Assembly: GCA_046598395.1 (NCBI GenBank)
Contig: JBKJIQ010000027.1
Coordinates: 51,533-115,532 of the forward strand
Origin: Acidimicrobiia bacterium
Lineage (GTDB): Bacteria > Actinomycetota > Acidimicrobiia > IMCC26256 > JAENVU01
DNA length: 64,000 nt
Reading direction: 5' to 3'
Under the pieces are notes generated by a model. The model had not been told where the DNA came from, did no database searches, and saw nothing but the letters and a program-made list of their open reading frames with translations. The position numbers and the translations under genes are program-made. Shown here piece by piece: positions 27,436 to 36,637 of the stretch (the stretch's first letter is position 1; each line of letters begins with the position of its first letter).

Positions 27436-28328
27436 GACGCGGGCTTCCGGCCGATCGCGGACATGAACGCAGTCCCACCGAAGAGCGCGTCGAGGGCGTT
27501 GAATGGGAGGAAGAAGAGGAGCAACGCGGGGTAGTAGCGCGAGCGGGGGAGACGCGAACGATCGATGCCCCGTCGGCGCAGGGCTGACTGCACGGAGAGC
27601 GCCCAGCCGCAGCTGTTGGGCTCCCATCGCACTGCTTCGGTGGTCAGGCCGGCCGACTCGATGAGGCTTCGGATCGTCGCCCGGTCGAAGAGATAGAGGT
27701 GACGCGGATAGTGGATGAGGCCCCAGCGTTGCTTCCACACCCGAGCATCGAGCGAGCCGACGTTGGGTGTTTCCAGGTAGAGCACGCCACCGGGAGCGAG
27801 GAGCGATTCGATCTTGGCCACGGTGGCGACCGGGTCCAACACGTGCTCGATCACATGGCTCATGAACACGAGGTCGTACTGCTCGGTCGGCTCGTACTCC
27901 TCCAACGTGCCGCAGAAGACCTCGAGGCCGCGGCGGCCCGCCTCCGCGCACGCTTCTTGGCTCAGTTCGATCCCGCGCACCACCGGGTATTCGCCTTCCA
28001 GCTCGGCAAGGACGTCGCCGGTGGCACATCCGATTTCGAGGAACCGTCCGCCGGGGCGAAGCAGTTTTCGACAGAGGTTGGCCTGCCGTTGTTGATATCG
28101 GCGGAGCAAGAACGCCGCGATCGGGTTCCCCGGCGTCCCGAAGTTGTGATACTCCGCGGGATACAGCGTGGGAAGTTCCGCCCGGGTCGGCATCGGTTCC
28201 ATGGCGACCAAGCCGCAGGTACTACACCGGTACAAATCGCTCGGAGCGGTCATGAAGTATTCGAAATCCGTGCAGTCGTCGTAGAGCAGCGCGGTCGACT
28301 GCCCACAGAGAACACAAGACGAGTTCAC
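27432..28328 (-). CDS. SAM-dependent methyltransferase with N-terminal Cys4 zinc-ribbon
   Basis: CVLCGQS...CSTCGLV ribbon, then FLEIGCATGDVL motif I and LAPGGVLYLETPN. Confidence 0.8.
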   Translation of the reverse strand: MNSSCVLCGQSTALLYDDCTDFEYFMTAPSDLYRCSTCGLVAMEPMPTRAELPTLYPAEYHNFGTPGNPIAAFLLRRYQQRQANLCRKLLRPGGRFLEIGCATGDVLAELEGEYPVVRGIELSQEACAEAGRRGLEVFCGTLEEYEPTEQYDLVFMSHVIEHVLDPVATVAKIESLLAPGGVLYLETPNVGSLDARVWKQRWGLIHYPRHLYLFDRATIRSLIESAGLTTEAVRWEPNSCGWALSVQSALRRRGIDRSRLPRSRYYPALLLFFLPFNALDALFGGTAFMSAIGRKPAS

Positions 28329-28382
28329 GACGCGGCGAGGTTACTCGCACGTTCCTGAGCCCAGGACCTCGGCGGGGTCGTC

Positions 28383-28391
28383 TGGTAGTGT
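28383..28391 (+). promoter_or_regulatory. Candidate extended -10 promoter element (TGGTAGTGT) for the rimP-nusA leader
   Basis: TGn + TAGTGT fits the actinobacterial TANNNT -10 pattern. There is no good -35 element. Confidence 0.3.
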
Positions 28392-28451
28392 CCACGAGCT
28401 CACCGGCGGAAGGTCGGTGAAGTGGCCCTCCGGCGACGGTTGGGGCCAGGC

Positions 28452-28482
28452 CAACGTGGGCCTTGAGCCCACGTTGTTTATT
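28452..28482 (+). terminator. Intrinsic terminator in the rimP-nusA-infB leader (candidate attenuator or 3' end of a short RNA)
   Basis: Perfect 10-bp stem CAACGTGGGC / GCCCACGTTG with loop CTTGA, followed by TTTATT. It lies 42 nt upstream of the rimP ATG. The orientation is plus-specific because there is no T-tract on the other side. Confidence 0.6.
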
Positions 28483-28523
28483 GACTGGACCCGGTTCGCG
28501 CCGGCTGGAAGGGAGGTGTCCTC

Positions 28524-29051
28524 ATGACCGACCGTGCCACGGTGTTACGCACCGAACTCACTCCGATCGTGGAGAGCCTCGGCCTTTCCGTCTACGACCT
28601 CACCCTCGGTGGGAGCGACCGTCCGACCCTCGCGATCCTGGTTGATCGCCCCGGCGGTATCGACCTCAACGCGATCGAGAACGCCACGCGCACCATCTCC
28701 GCGGCGTTGGACGCGATGGACCCGCTGAAGGGTCGCTATCTCCTCGAAGTGTCGAGCCCGGGCCTCGAGCGCCCGCTGCGCACGCCCGAACATTTCGCGG
28801 CGGCGGTCGGAGAAGTGGTCACCCTCAAAACCCGCGATGCCGACGGTCACGTCGAGCGAATCCGTGGCGCAGTGGTCGCACCCGAGCCCGATGCCGATGA
28901 CGCCGTGGTCACCGTGCGCACCGATACCGGCGATCGCGTCATCGTCATCGAAGCCATCGAGCAGGCGCGCACCGTCTTTGAGTGGGGTCCCGCGCCCAAG
29001 CCCGGCCGAGGCTCCCGGCCCGGACGAAAGAAGGAGGTCGCGGCCAGATGA
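28524..29051 (+). CDS. rimP: Ribosome maturation factor RimP
   Basis: YLLEVSSPGLERPLRTPEHF motif. GGGAGG lies upstream of the ATG. First gene of the nusA-infB operon. Confidence 0.93.
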   Translation: MTDRATVLRTELTPIVESLGLSVYDLTLGGSDRPTLAILVDRPGGIDLNAIENATRTISAALDAMDPLKGRYLLEVSSPGLERPLRTPEHFAAAVGEVVTLKTRDADGHVERIRGAVVAPEPDADDAVVTVRTDTGDRVIVIEAIEQARTVFEWGPAPKPGRGSRPGRKKEVAAR

Positions 29052-30379
29052 ACAACCCCACGAATAGCGACATGATGGACGCGCTGTACACGATCGAGCG
29101 CGAAAAGGGGATCTCAGTAGAAATCCTGCTTGAGGCGTTGGCGAACGCATTGGTGACCGCCTACAAGCGCACGCCCGACGCGGCCGAAGAGGCCCTGGTC
29201 GAAATCGACATCGAAACCGGCTCGATCCACGTGATCGCGCAGGAGCTCGATGAAGACGGGCACGTCGTCAAGGAGTGGGACGACACGCCGAAGAACTTCG
29301 GCCGCATTGCCGCGCAGACGGCCAAGCAAGTGATCCTGCAACGGATCCGCGAGGCCGAGCGCGAGATGAAGTACGAGGAGTATGCGGGCCGCGAGGGCGA
29401 CATCGTGACCGGCATCATCCAACAGACCGACCAGCGTTACACCCTCCTTGACCTGGGCAAGGTCGAGGCGTTGCTCCCGCAGGCCGAGCAGGTCCAGAAC
29501 GAGCGTTACGACCATGGAAGCCGGCTCAAGGCCTACATCGTCGAGGTGCGCAAGACAGCCAAGGGTCCCCAGATCGTGGTCAGTCGAACCCACCCTGGCT
29601 TGGTGAAGCGCCTGTTCGAACTCGAGGTTCCTGAACTGCTCGACGGTGTGGTCGAGCTGCGAGCGGTTGCCCGCGAGCCGGGTCACCGCACCAAGATCGC
29701 GGTGGCATCGAATGACCCGAACGTCGACCCCGTTGGTGCCTGTGTTGGTGCCCGTGGCGCCCGCGTGCGCATGGTGGTCACGGAGTTGCGCGGCGAAAAG
29801 GTCGACATCGTTCCCTATACCGATGTCCCCACCGATTTTGTGATGAAGGCGCTGGCGCCGGCGCGGGTGCGCGAAGTCCGGATCCACGAGGACACCGGTA
29901 CCGCCGAGGTCATCGTTCCCGACTTTCAGCTGTCGCTCGCGATCGGTAAAGAGGGCCAGAACGCCCGGCTCGCGGCCCGCTTGTCGGGTTGGCGCGTTGA
30001 CATCAAAAGCGAGACCCAGCTGGCGGAAGAAGAGGCCGGTGGCGGGGTCGAATACGCCGAGGGCGAGTGGGTCGAGAGCCCTTCCGGCGAACTGGTATGG
30101 CAACCCGCAGAAGGCGGCGACGCAATCTCCGCGGCCGAGGCCGGTTACGCCTCGCCGGATGCCGCAGCCGCGGCTGCTGCGGCAGGCGGACCCGCTCCGG
30201 ACGTCACCCCCGTCGATGGCGCAACGTCTGATGCCGCAGTCCCCGATGAGCTTGCAGCCGAGATCACCGATGGCGAAGCCACCGAAGGCGCGGTCGTCGG
30301 TGACGAACCGGTCGTCGTTTCCGCCGCTGAGGACACCGAAGTCCCGGCAGTCGAGGAGGAGAGCACCAACGAGAGCTGA
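29048..30379 (+). CDS. nusA: Transcription termination/antitermination factor NusA with acidic C-terminal tail
   Basis: MNNPTNSDMMDALYTIEREKGISVEILLEALANAL..., S1 (GDIVTGIIQ) and two KH domains. ATG 29048 overlaps the rimP stop (ATGA). Confidence 0.96.
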   Translation: MNNPTNSDMMDALYTIEREKGISVEILLEALANALVTAYKRTPDAAEEALVEIDIETGSIHVIAQELDEDGHVVKEWDDTPKNFGRIAAQTAKQVILQRIREAEREMKYEEYAGREGDIVTGIIQQTDQRYTLLDLGKVEALLPQAEQVQNERYDHGSRLKAYIVEVRKTAKGPQIVVSRTHPGLVKRLFELEVPELLDGVVELRAVAREPGHRTKIAVASNDPNVDPVGACVGARGARVRMVVTELRGEKVDIVPYTDVPTDFVMKALAPARVREVRIHEDTGTAEVIVPDFQLSLAIGKEGQNARLAARLSGWRVDIKSETQLAEEEAGGGVEYAEGEWVESPSGELVWQPAEGGDAISAAEAGYASPDAAAAAAAAGGPAPDVTPVDGATSDAAVPDELAAEITDGEATEGAVVGDEPVVVSAAEDTEVPAVEEESTNES

Positions 30380-30695
30380 ACCGATTCGCACGTGCGTCGG
30401 ATGTCGACGTCGCGGTCATCCGGACACACTCGTTCGGTTGGCCCGGCCCACCGGCTCGGATGCCACGAGCAGCACGGAATCCGTGCACATCGGACGCAAC
30501 GAACCCGGTCGAGGGGCGTGGCTGTGTATGAACAGCCCCGAATGCTTCGACCAGGCGGTGCAACGGCGAGCAATCGCACGCGCGCTGAGAACTGAGCTCT
30601 CGGAACAGGAAATCGCAAGGCTCCGTGCGAGACTGTACGGAGCGGTCCCGGAAGGGGCCCGGCCCCACGGCAGAGTGCCGTGTGGTGAGGGGTAA
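30300..30695 (+). CDS. ylxR: YlxR/RnpM-family (DUF448) RNA-binding protein; start uncertain
   Basis: IRTCVGCRRRGHPDTLVRL...GRGAWLC motif between nusA and infB. The nearest in-frame canonical start upstream of the motif is GTG 30300, inside the nusA 3' end. A non-canonical start near 30384 is possible. Confidence 0.7.
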   Translation: MTNRSSFPPLRTPKSRQSRRRAPTRAEPIRTCVGCRRRGHPDTLVRLARPTGSDATSSTESVHIGRNEPGRGAWLCMNSPECFDQAVQRRAIARALRTELSEQEIARLRARLYGAVPEGARPHGRVPCGEG

Positions 30696-30703
30696 GGACA
30701 GAC

Positions 30704-33493
30704 TTGGCCACCAAGAAGATCAGGGTCTACGAGCTCGCTCGCGAGTTGGGTGTTGAGAACCAAGTGGTGCTCGACCTCGCTGATGAGCTCAAGATGGGCG
30801 TGAAGAGCCACTCGTCGAGCATCGACGATCCGTCCGCGGACCGCGTCCGACGGTTGGCCGATAGTCGCGAGCTGCGCGGCGAACCCATCGTGGATGAGCC
30901 GAAGCCAGAACCGAAGGCCAAGGCGAAGCCCGTCGAAGCGCCCGCGGCCCCGGCGGTCGTGGCTCCGGTGCCACCACCGGTCCCGGTTCCGTCAGGTTTC
31001 GCCGACGCCGAGCCCGCGGCTACTGCTGCGCCCGCCGCACCGCCCGCGCCAGTAGCCCCGGAGCCGGCGGCCGCGGCCGAGCCGGCCGCGCCGGTTCGAT
31101 CACGGGTAGTTCGTTCCACCGGTGGGATTGCGCCGCCACCCGCACCGCGTCCGATCGCGGCGGAGACCAAGCCAGTTGCGCCTCCGGCCTCGAGTGCCCC
31201 GGCCGTGTTGGCAACCCCAACGCCGCCGCCCGCTCCGTCGGCACCCACGCTTGGCGATAAGCCCGCGCCACCTCCGCCTCCGCTGAAGAGCGCAACCGGC
31301 AAGACCATCCCGCCGCCGCCCGGACAGCGGGTCATCCCGCCGCCGCCCGGACAGCGCGCGACCCCGGCGCGCAGCGGCCCTGGTGGTCCATCGCGCACGA
31401 CGGGTGGTCCTGGTGGACCCGGCGGATTCAATCGCAGCCCCGGTGGTGGCGCCCCTGGGGGGTTCAACCGCAGTCCTGGCGGCGCGCCTGGTGGTGGCGG
31501 CCCCGGCGGCCCCGGTGGCGCGGGTCGTCCGGGTGGCGGTGGCCCTGGTGGTGGTCCCGGCGGATTCAACCGCGGTCGTGGTCCCGGCGGACCCGGTCAA
31601 CGGCCACGCCGTAAGAAGCGGCGCCGTCGTGGTCTCGAAGAACTCGGCCCGGCCACCATCGCTCAGCTCACGCCGGCCGATGCTCCGGTCCCCGAGGGCG
31701 AGATCGTGGTGTCACGTGGCATCACCATCCAGGAGCTGGCACCCAAGCTGAACCGCACCAGTGCGGATCTCGTACGCATTCTGTTCGACGCGGGCGAGAT
31801 GGTCACGAGTACCCAATCAATGAACGACGAGATGATCGAGCTCATCGCCCAGGAGCTCGGCGCTGAAGTCCTGCTCGTCGAGCCGGGTGCCGAAGCGGAA
31901 CTCGAGCTGCAGGCCCTCCTCGGCGACGATGACGATGAAGAGGACGAGGAAGGTCTCCCGCCGCGCGCGCCGGTCGTGACCGTGATGGGTCACGTCGACC
32001 ATGGAAAGACCACGCTGCTCGACCACATTCGCTCATCCAACGTGGTCGCCGGTGAGGCGGGTGGGATCACCCAGCACATCGGTGCATATCAAGTCGTGAA
32101 GAGCGATCGTCCGATCACCTTCATCGACACCCCCGGTCACGAAGCGTTCACCGCGATGCGTAAGCGCGGCGCAGATGCCACCGACGTTGCCGTGCTCGTG
32201 GTGGCGGCGGACGACGGCGTGATGCCCCAGACCATTGAGGCCATCAACCACGCCCGCGTGGCCGATGTGCCGATCGTGGTTGCGATCACCAAGATCGATC
32301 GCGACAACGCGGACGTGAACCGCGTCAAGCAGCAACTGGTGGAGCAAGCGCTGATCCCCGAGGACTGGGGCGGCGACACCATTGTCAACGAGGTCGCGGC
32401 CACCCAGGGTCTCGGCGTCGATGAGTTGCTTGAGTCGATCTTGCTGGTTGCCGACCTCTACGACCCGCCGCTCGGTGCGGACCCCGAAGTTCCGGCGCGA
32501 GCGTTCGTGCTCGAATCGAACCTGGATCAGGGCCGCGGCCCGGTCGCAACGGTGATCGTCGAGCGGGGAACGCTACGCGTGGGCGATCCGATCGTGGCCG
32601 GTGGCGGCTGGGGCAAGGTCCGCGCCATGTTCGACGACACCGGCGCCCAGGTGAAATTCGCGGGACCGTCCACACCGGTTGAGGTCTTGGGTCTTGACGC
32701 CGTACCCCTCGCGGGCGACGAACTTCGGGTGGCCCCGAACGACAAGATCGCCCGGACCGTGGCCGAGGCTCGTGGTCGTCGTCGCCGGGTTGCCGATCAG
32801 GCCCACCCGATGATCCTCGCCGGTGGTGCTCGACTCGAAGACATCTTTGCCATGGTCGAGCGCGGCGAGGTCGCCACCCTCAACCTGGTAGTCAAGGCCG
32901 ATGTCCACGGTTCCCTCGAAGCGCTCACCGATGCGTTGCGCAAGTTGGATCAAGAGCACGAAGAAGTTCGACTCTCGTTCGTGCACCGCGCCGTCGGTGG
33001 AATCACCGAGAGCGACATCAACTTGGCCGCGGTGGCCAATGCGACCGTCGTCGGATTCAACGTGCGGCCGGATCGAAAGGCTCGCGAACTCGCGGCGACC
33101 GAGCAGGTCGAGATGCGCCTGTACGAAGTGATCTACCAGGTGCTCGATGACGTCAACGCCGCGCTCATCGGCATGCTCAAGCCCGAGTTCGAAGAAGTGG
33201 TCACGGGCGAGGCCGAGGTGCGCGAGATCTTCGGCGTACCGAAGCTGGGCAAGATCGCCGGTTGTTACGTGCGCACTGGTGTTATCACCCGTGGTTCCAA
33301 GGTCCGCTTCCTACGGGAAGGCACGATCATCTGGAAGGGCTCGCTCGCATCGCTGCGACGGTTCAAAGACGATGTGCGTGAGGTCCGCGACGGTTTCGAG
33401 TGTGGTATCGGCCTCGAGAACTTCCAGGACTTGAAGCCCGGCGACATCATCGAGACCTACGAAGATCGCGAGATCGTCCGCGTCACGACCTAG
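30704..33493 (+). CDS. infB: Translation initiation factor IF-2 with P/G/A-rich N-terminal region
   Basis: [18 protein letters not shown]-terminus (TTG start) and GTPase [16 protein letters not shown]...DTPGHEAF...TKID. Confidence 0.97.
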   Translation: MATKKIRVYELARELGVENQVVLDLADELKMGVKSHSSSIDDPSADRVRRLADSRELRGEPIVDEPKPEPKAKAKPVEAPAAPAVVAPVPPPVPVPSGFADAEPAATAAPAAPPAPVAPEPAAAAEPAAPVRSRVVRSTGGIAPPPAPRPIAAETKPVAPPASSAPAVLATPTPPPAPSAPTLGDKPAPPPPPLKSATGKTIPPPPGQRVIPPPPGQRATPARSGPGGPSRTTGGPGGPGGFNRSPGGGAPGGFNRSPGGAPGGGGPGGPGGAGRPGGGGPGGGPGGFNRGRGPGGPGQRPRRKKRRRRGLEELGPATIAQLTPADAPVPEGEIVVSRGITIQELAPKLNRTSADLVRILFDAGEMVTSTQSMNDEMIELIAQELGAEVLLVEPGAEAELELQALLGDDDDEEDEEGLPPRAPVVTVMGHVDHGKTTLLDHIRSSNVVAGEAGGITQHIGAYQVVKSDRPITFIDTPGHEAFTAMRKRGADATDVAVLVVAADDGVMPQTIEAINHARVADVPIVVAITKIDRDNADVNRVKQQLVEQALIPEDWGGDTIVNEVAATQGLGVDELLESILLVADLYDPPLGADPEVPARAFVLESNLDQGRGPVATVIVERGTLRVGDPIVAGGGWGKVRAMFDDTGAQVKFAGPSTPVEVLGLDAVPLAGDELRVAPNDKIARTVAEARGRRRRVADQAHPMILAGGARLEDIFAMVERGEVATLNLVVKADVHGSLEALTDALRKLDQEHEEVRLSFVHRAVGGITESDINLAAVANATVVGFNVRPDRKARELAATEQVEMRLYEVIYQVLDDVNAALIGMLKPEFEEVVTGEAEVREIFGVPKLGKIAGCYVRTGVITRGSKVRFLREGTIIWKGSLASLRRFKDDVREVRDGFECGIGLENFQDLKPGDIIETYEDREIVRVTT

Positions 33494-33505
33494 CCCCGAA
33501 AGTGC

Positions 33506-33934
33506 GTGTGCATGCCTTCAGACTTCGTATTCAAGACCGTGGCCGGGTTGCATCGGACCCTGTTTCGCGCCAGTGGCGGCAAGCTGCTCAACCGGGGCGC
33601 GGGGATGCCGGTCCTGGTGCTCACGACCACGGGTCGTAAGAGCGGAAAGCCTCGCTCCACGATGCTCACGTCTCCGTTGCAGACCGACGGCGGGGTCATC
33701 GTCGTCGCGTCGCGGGGTGGCGATGATCGCCACCCCGATTGGTACTTGAATCTCGAGGCGAACCCGTTGGTCGAAGTCGAGATGGGCGGTACCACCCAGA
33801 AGATGACCGCGCACGTGGCCAATGAGGCCGAGAAGGCTGATCTGTGGCCCAAGATCATTGCTGATCACGACAACTATGCGGGCTACCAGCGCAAGACCGA
33901 CCGTGATATCCCGGTCATTGTCCTCACGCCCTAG
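33506..33934 (+). CDS. Deazaflavin (F420)-dependent nitroreductase family (DDN-like) oxidoreductase
   Basis: VLVLTTTGRKSGKPRSTML...VVASRGGDDRHPDWYLNLEANP...YQRKTDRDIPVIVLTP is typical of the DDN/PNPOx-like split-barrel family. ATG 33512 is an alternative start. Confidence 0.85.
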   Translation: MCMPSDFVFKTVAGLHRTLFRASGGKLLNRGAGMPVLVLTTTGRKSGKPRSTMLTSPLQTDGGVIVVASRGGDDRHPDWYLNLEANPLVEVEMGGTTQKMTAHVANEAEKADLWPKIIADHDNYAGYQRKTDRDIPVIVLTP

Positions 33935-33982
33935 TTACCGCCACTTCGAGAAAACGGACGAAACGTCGCGCGAAGTGCGAAG

Positions 33983-34285
33983 ATGACGGATGTGCATGCT
34001 GCTGCGGTCTCGTTCGATCTTCATGTTCCCGAGAGTCGGTCTTTGAAGGTCAAGCGCGCCGCGATCCGTCCCATCGTGGATGGGTTGCGTCATCGGTTCA
34101 AGGTTTCCGTCGCCGAGATCGACCATCAGGACCAGTGGCAACGCTGCGCGATCGGCGTTGCCGTGGTCGCCGAAAGTGACGGCCACTTGCGCGAGATCCT
34201 GGACTCGGTCCAGCGCTTCGTGGATGGCGCGCCCGCAGTCGAGCTCCTCCAAGTCGACACCAACTGGTTCGAGGAGAACTCGTGA
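33983..34285 (+). CDS. DUF503 (YlxP-like) protein
   Basis: 100 aa with LHVPESRSLKVKRAAIRPIVDGLRHRFKVSVAEIDHQDQWQR. Conserved position between infB and rbfA. Confidence 0.8.
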   Translation: MTDVHAAAVSFDLHVPESRSLKVKRAAIRPIVDGLRHRFKVSVAEIDHQDQWQRCAIGVAVVAESDGHLREILDSVQRFVDGAPAVELLQVDTNWFEENS

Positions 34286-34301
34286 GCGGACCGGGGAAGC
34301 G

Positions 34302-34721
34302 ATGAGTAGGCCGCGTCAACCGCCGCGCCAGTTTCCGCGTGTGGCGCGGGTCAACGAAGTGGTGCAGGAAGTGCTCGCGTTGGAACTCGACCGACTGTCC
34401 GATCCTCGTCTCGGGTTCGCCACGATCACGAGCGTGGAGGTGGCGAAGGACCTGCGCGTCGCCGACGTCTTCTACACCGTGCTCGGGAACGACGAACAGC
34501 GAGCCGATACCACCGCAGGGTTGGCCTCGGCGGCGCCTCATCTTCGGGCGCTGGTTGGGCGCTCGGTCCGCATGAAGTGGGTTCCGGAGTTGCGATTCCA
34601 TGAGGATCCGTCCGTGGCCACCGGCGAGCGCATCGAAGCGATTATTCGCGACCTTCATGAGAGCGAACGAGGCGCGGATAACCGCAGGAACCGTCGCAAA
34701 CGGACGGGAGACACTCCATGA
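34302..34721 (+). CDS. rbfA: Ribosome-binding factor A
   Basis: RVARVNEVVQEVLALELDRLSDPRLGFATITSVEVAKDLRVADVFYTVLG. Start set to ATG 34302. Confidence 0.92.
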   Translation: MSRPRQPPRQFPRVARVNEVVQEVLALELDRLSDPRLGFATITSVEVAKDLRVADVFYTVLGNDEQRADTTAGLASAAPHLRALVGRSVRMKWVPELRFHEDPSVATGERIEAIIRDLHESERGADNRRNRRKRTGDTP

Positions 34722-35695
34722 CGGCGCAACGGGTTGACTTCGATGCCGCGCTTGACCGAGCGGCCAAGACCATCGACGCGGCCGAGTCGGTCGTGTTGAT
34801 GTGTCATGTGACGCCCGACGGTGATGCGTTGGGCTCCATGCTGGGGCTCCATCATGCGCTCCTCGCCGCGGGCCGCTCGAGTGTGGCCAGCTTCCCCGAC
34901 CCTTTCGTGATCGCGCCCCATTATCGAGATCTCCCCGGTCTGGAACTGATTACCCGACCCGCGGACGTCCCGGATCACAACGCGCTGGTCGTGACGTTCG
35001 ATTGCGGCGCGCTCGGTCGGTTGGCCAATCTTCGGGAGAAGGCGGAGGCGGCTGACGAGCTGATCGTCGTGGACCATCACGTGTCGAACGAACGGTACGG
35101 AACGATCAACGTGATTGATCCGCACGCGGCCGCGAGCGGCGTGGTGGTGCGCGACCTGATCCGCGCCATGAACCTGCCCCTCACCCGCGAGGTCGCGTTC
35201 TGTCTCTATACCGCACTGGTCTGTGATACCGGCCGGTTCCAGTACGAGAGCACGACCAGCGGCGTGTTCAACCTCGCCGCGGAGCTGCTGGAGTTCGATC
35301 TGCCGGTGAGCACGCTGAGCCGAACGCTCTTCGAAGAGCATTCCTTCGCGTACCTCCAGCTCCTGGCCGAAGCCTTGGCGAGTGCCACGCTCGTCCCGGA
35401 GAAGTCATTCGTCTGGACGTCGGTGACTCAGGCGCTCTTGGCGCGCCACGGCGTGACCATGGAGGAAGTGGAAGGGCTCATCGACATCATCCGGCGCACC
35501 GCCGAGGCGGACGTGGCCTGTGTGCTCAAGGAAGACGTGGACGGCACGGTCAAGGTGAGTCTTCGGTCGGTGGGTGCTACCGACGTGGAGCGGGTGGCAA
35601 CGGTCAATGGCGGCGGTGGCCATCGGTTCGCGGCCGGATTCACATCTCGAGACGGTATCGACGCCACGGTGGCGCGGATCCGAACGTCGCTCTGA
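34718..35695 (+). CDS. nrnA: DHH/DHHA1 phosphoesterase (NrnA-type oligoribonuclease/pAp phosphatase)
   Basis: LMCHVTPDGDALGS, VVDHH and the GGGHRFAAG DHHA1 motif. The ATG overlaps the rbfA stop. Confidence 0.85.
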   Translation: MTAQRVDFDAALDRAAKTIDAAESVVLMCHVTPDGDALGSMLGLHHALLAAGRSSVASFPDPFVIAPHYRDLPGLELITRPADVPDHNALVVTFDCGALGRLANLREKAEAADELIVVDHHVSNERYGTINVIDPHAAASGVVVRDLIRAMNLPLTREVAFCLYTALVCDTGRFQYESTTSGVFNLAAELLEFDLPVSTLSRTLFEEHSFAYLQLLAEALASATLVPEKSFVWTSVTQALLARHGVTMEEVEGLIDIIRRTAEADVACVLKEDVDGTVKVSLRSVGATDVERVATVNGGGGHRFAAGFTSRDGIDATVARIRTSL

Positions 35696-35731
35696 TCCGG
35701 TACCGGTGGTTGCAAACTCGCAGGCCCGCCC

Positions 35732-36637
35732 GTGATTGACGGTCTGCTCGTCGTCGACAAACCTGCCGGCTGGACGAGCCACGATGTGGTGGCCAAGTTG
35801 CGTGGGGCCACGCGCCAGCGCCGCGTTGGTCACGCCGGCACGCTGGATCCGGATGCCACCGGGGTGCTGCTCGTCGGCCTGGGTCGCGTCACGCGATTGA
35901 TGCGGTTCCTCCAAGAAACCACCAAGGCGTACCGAGGTGCGGTGTCGTTCGGTCTCGCCACCGACACGCTCGACGCCGCCGGGGTGGAGCTCGAACGGAT
36001 GGAGATGCCGACGCTCGATGCCGCCGCGATCGAGTCCGTGCTCCCACGGTTTCGTGGCGCCATTGAACAGATCCCCCCGATGGTCTCCGCGCTGAAGCTA
36101 GACGGCAAACGGCTGCACGAACTCGCCAGGGAAGGCAAGGTGGTCGACCGTGCGCCGCGGCCGGTGCGCATCGATCGGTTCGAACTCGAGGCGTTCATGG
36201 CGGGGCCATATCCGAGCGCCACGGTGCTGGTGGAGTGTTCGAGCGGTACCTACATTCGCAGTCTCGCGGCCGACCTTGGTGTTGCCGTGGGCGGGTGTGC
36301 GCACCTTGCGTCGTTGCGGCGGTTGCGGGTCGGTGCGTTCACCCTGGCCGACGCCCATCCGCTCGACGAGCTGATCGCCGATCCCGAACCGTTCGTGGTC
36401 TCACCTGCGGACACGCTGCGCGGGATGGAGTCGGTGATCGTGGACGACGCCGTCACGGCGGCGATCGCCAACGGCAAGGTATTTCCTGAACCTCCGTTCA
36501 CGGTGGTGGGCGAGGGCCCGTACGCGATGCTCGATGCTCACGGATCCTTGCTGGCGGTCTACGAACGCCATGGAACCGGATGCAAGCCCAGTGTCGTGAT
36601 CCCCGTCGCGGCGCCGGTGCCGAGTGCGAGAGAATGA
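35732..36637 (+). CDS. truB: tRNA pseudouridine(55) synthase
   Basis: GLLVVDKPAGWTSHDVV...VGHAGTLDPDATGVLLVGLG. Confidence 0.95.
   Translation: MIDGLLVVDKPAGWTSHDVVAKLRGATRQRRVGHAGTLDPDATGVLLVGLGRVTRLMRFLQETTKAYRGAVSFGLATDTLDAAGVELERMEMPTLDAAAIESVLPRFRGAIEQIPPMVSALKLDGKRLHELAREGKVVDRAPRPVRIDRFELEAFMAGPYPSATVLVECSSGTYIRSLAADLGVAVGGCAHLASLRRLRVGAFTLADAHPLDELIADPEPFVVSPADTLRGMESVIVDDAVTAAIANGKVFPEPPFTVVGEGPYAMLDAHGSLLAVYERHGTGCKPSVVIPVAAPVPSARE

Noticed and set aside
28380-28482. tRNA upstream of rimP-nusA (by analogy with metY in E. coli)
   Set aside because: No cloverleaf can be drawn, and there are no T-loop GTTCRANYC or D-loop consensus elements. I interpret the region as a leader or attenuator instead.
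30727-31569. 280-aa P/G-rich minus-strand ORF and several overlapping plus-strand ORFs in the infB 5' region
   Set aside because: The region encodes the well-known P/G/A-rich N-terminal domain of IF-2. The repetitive GC-rich codons keep other frames open by chance.
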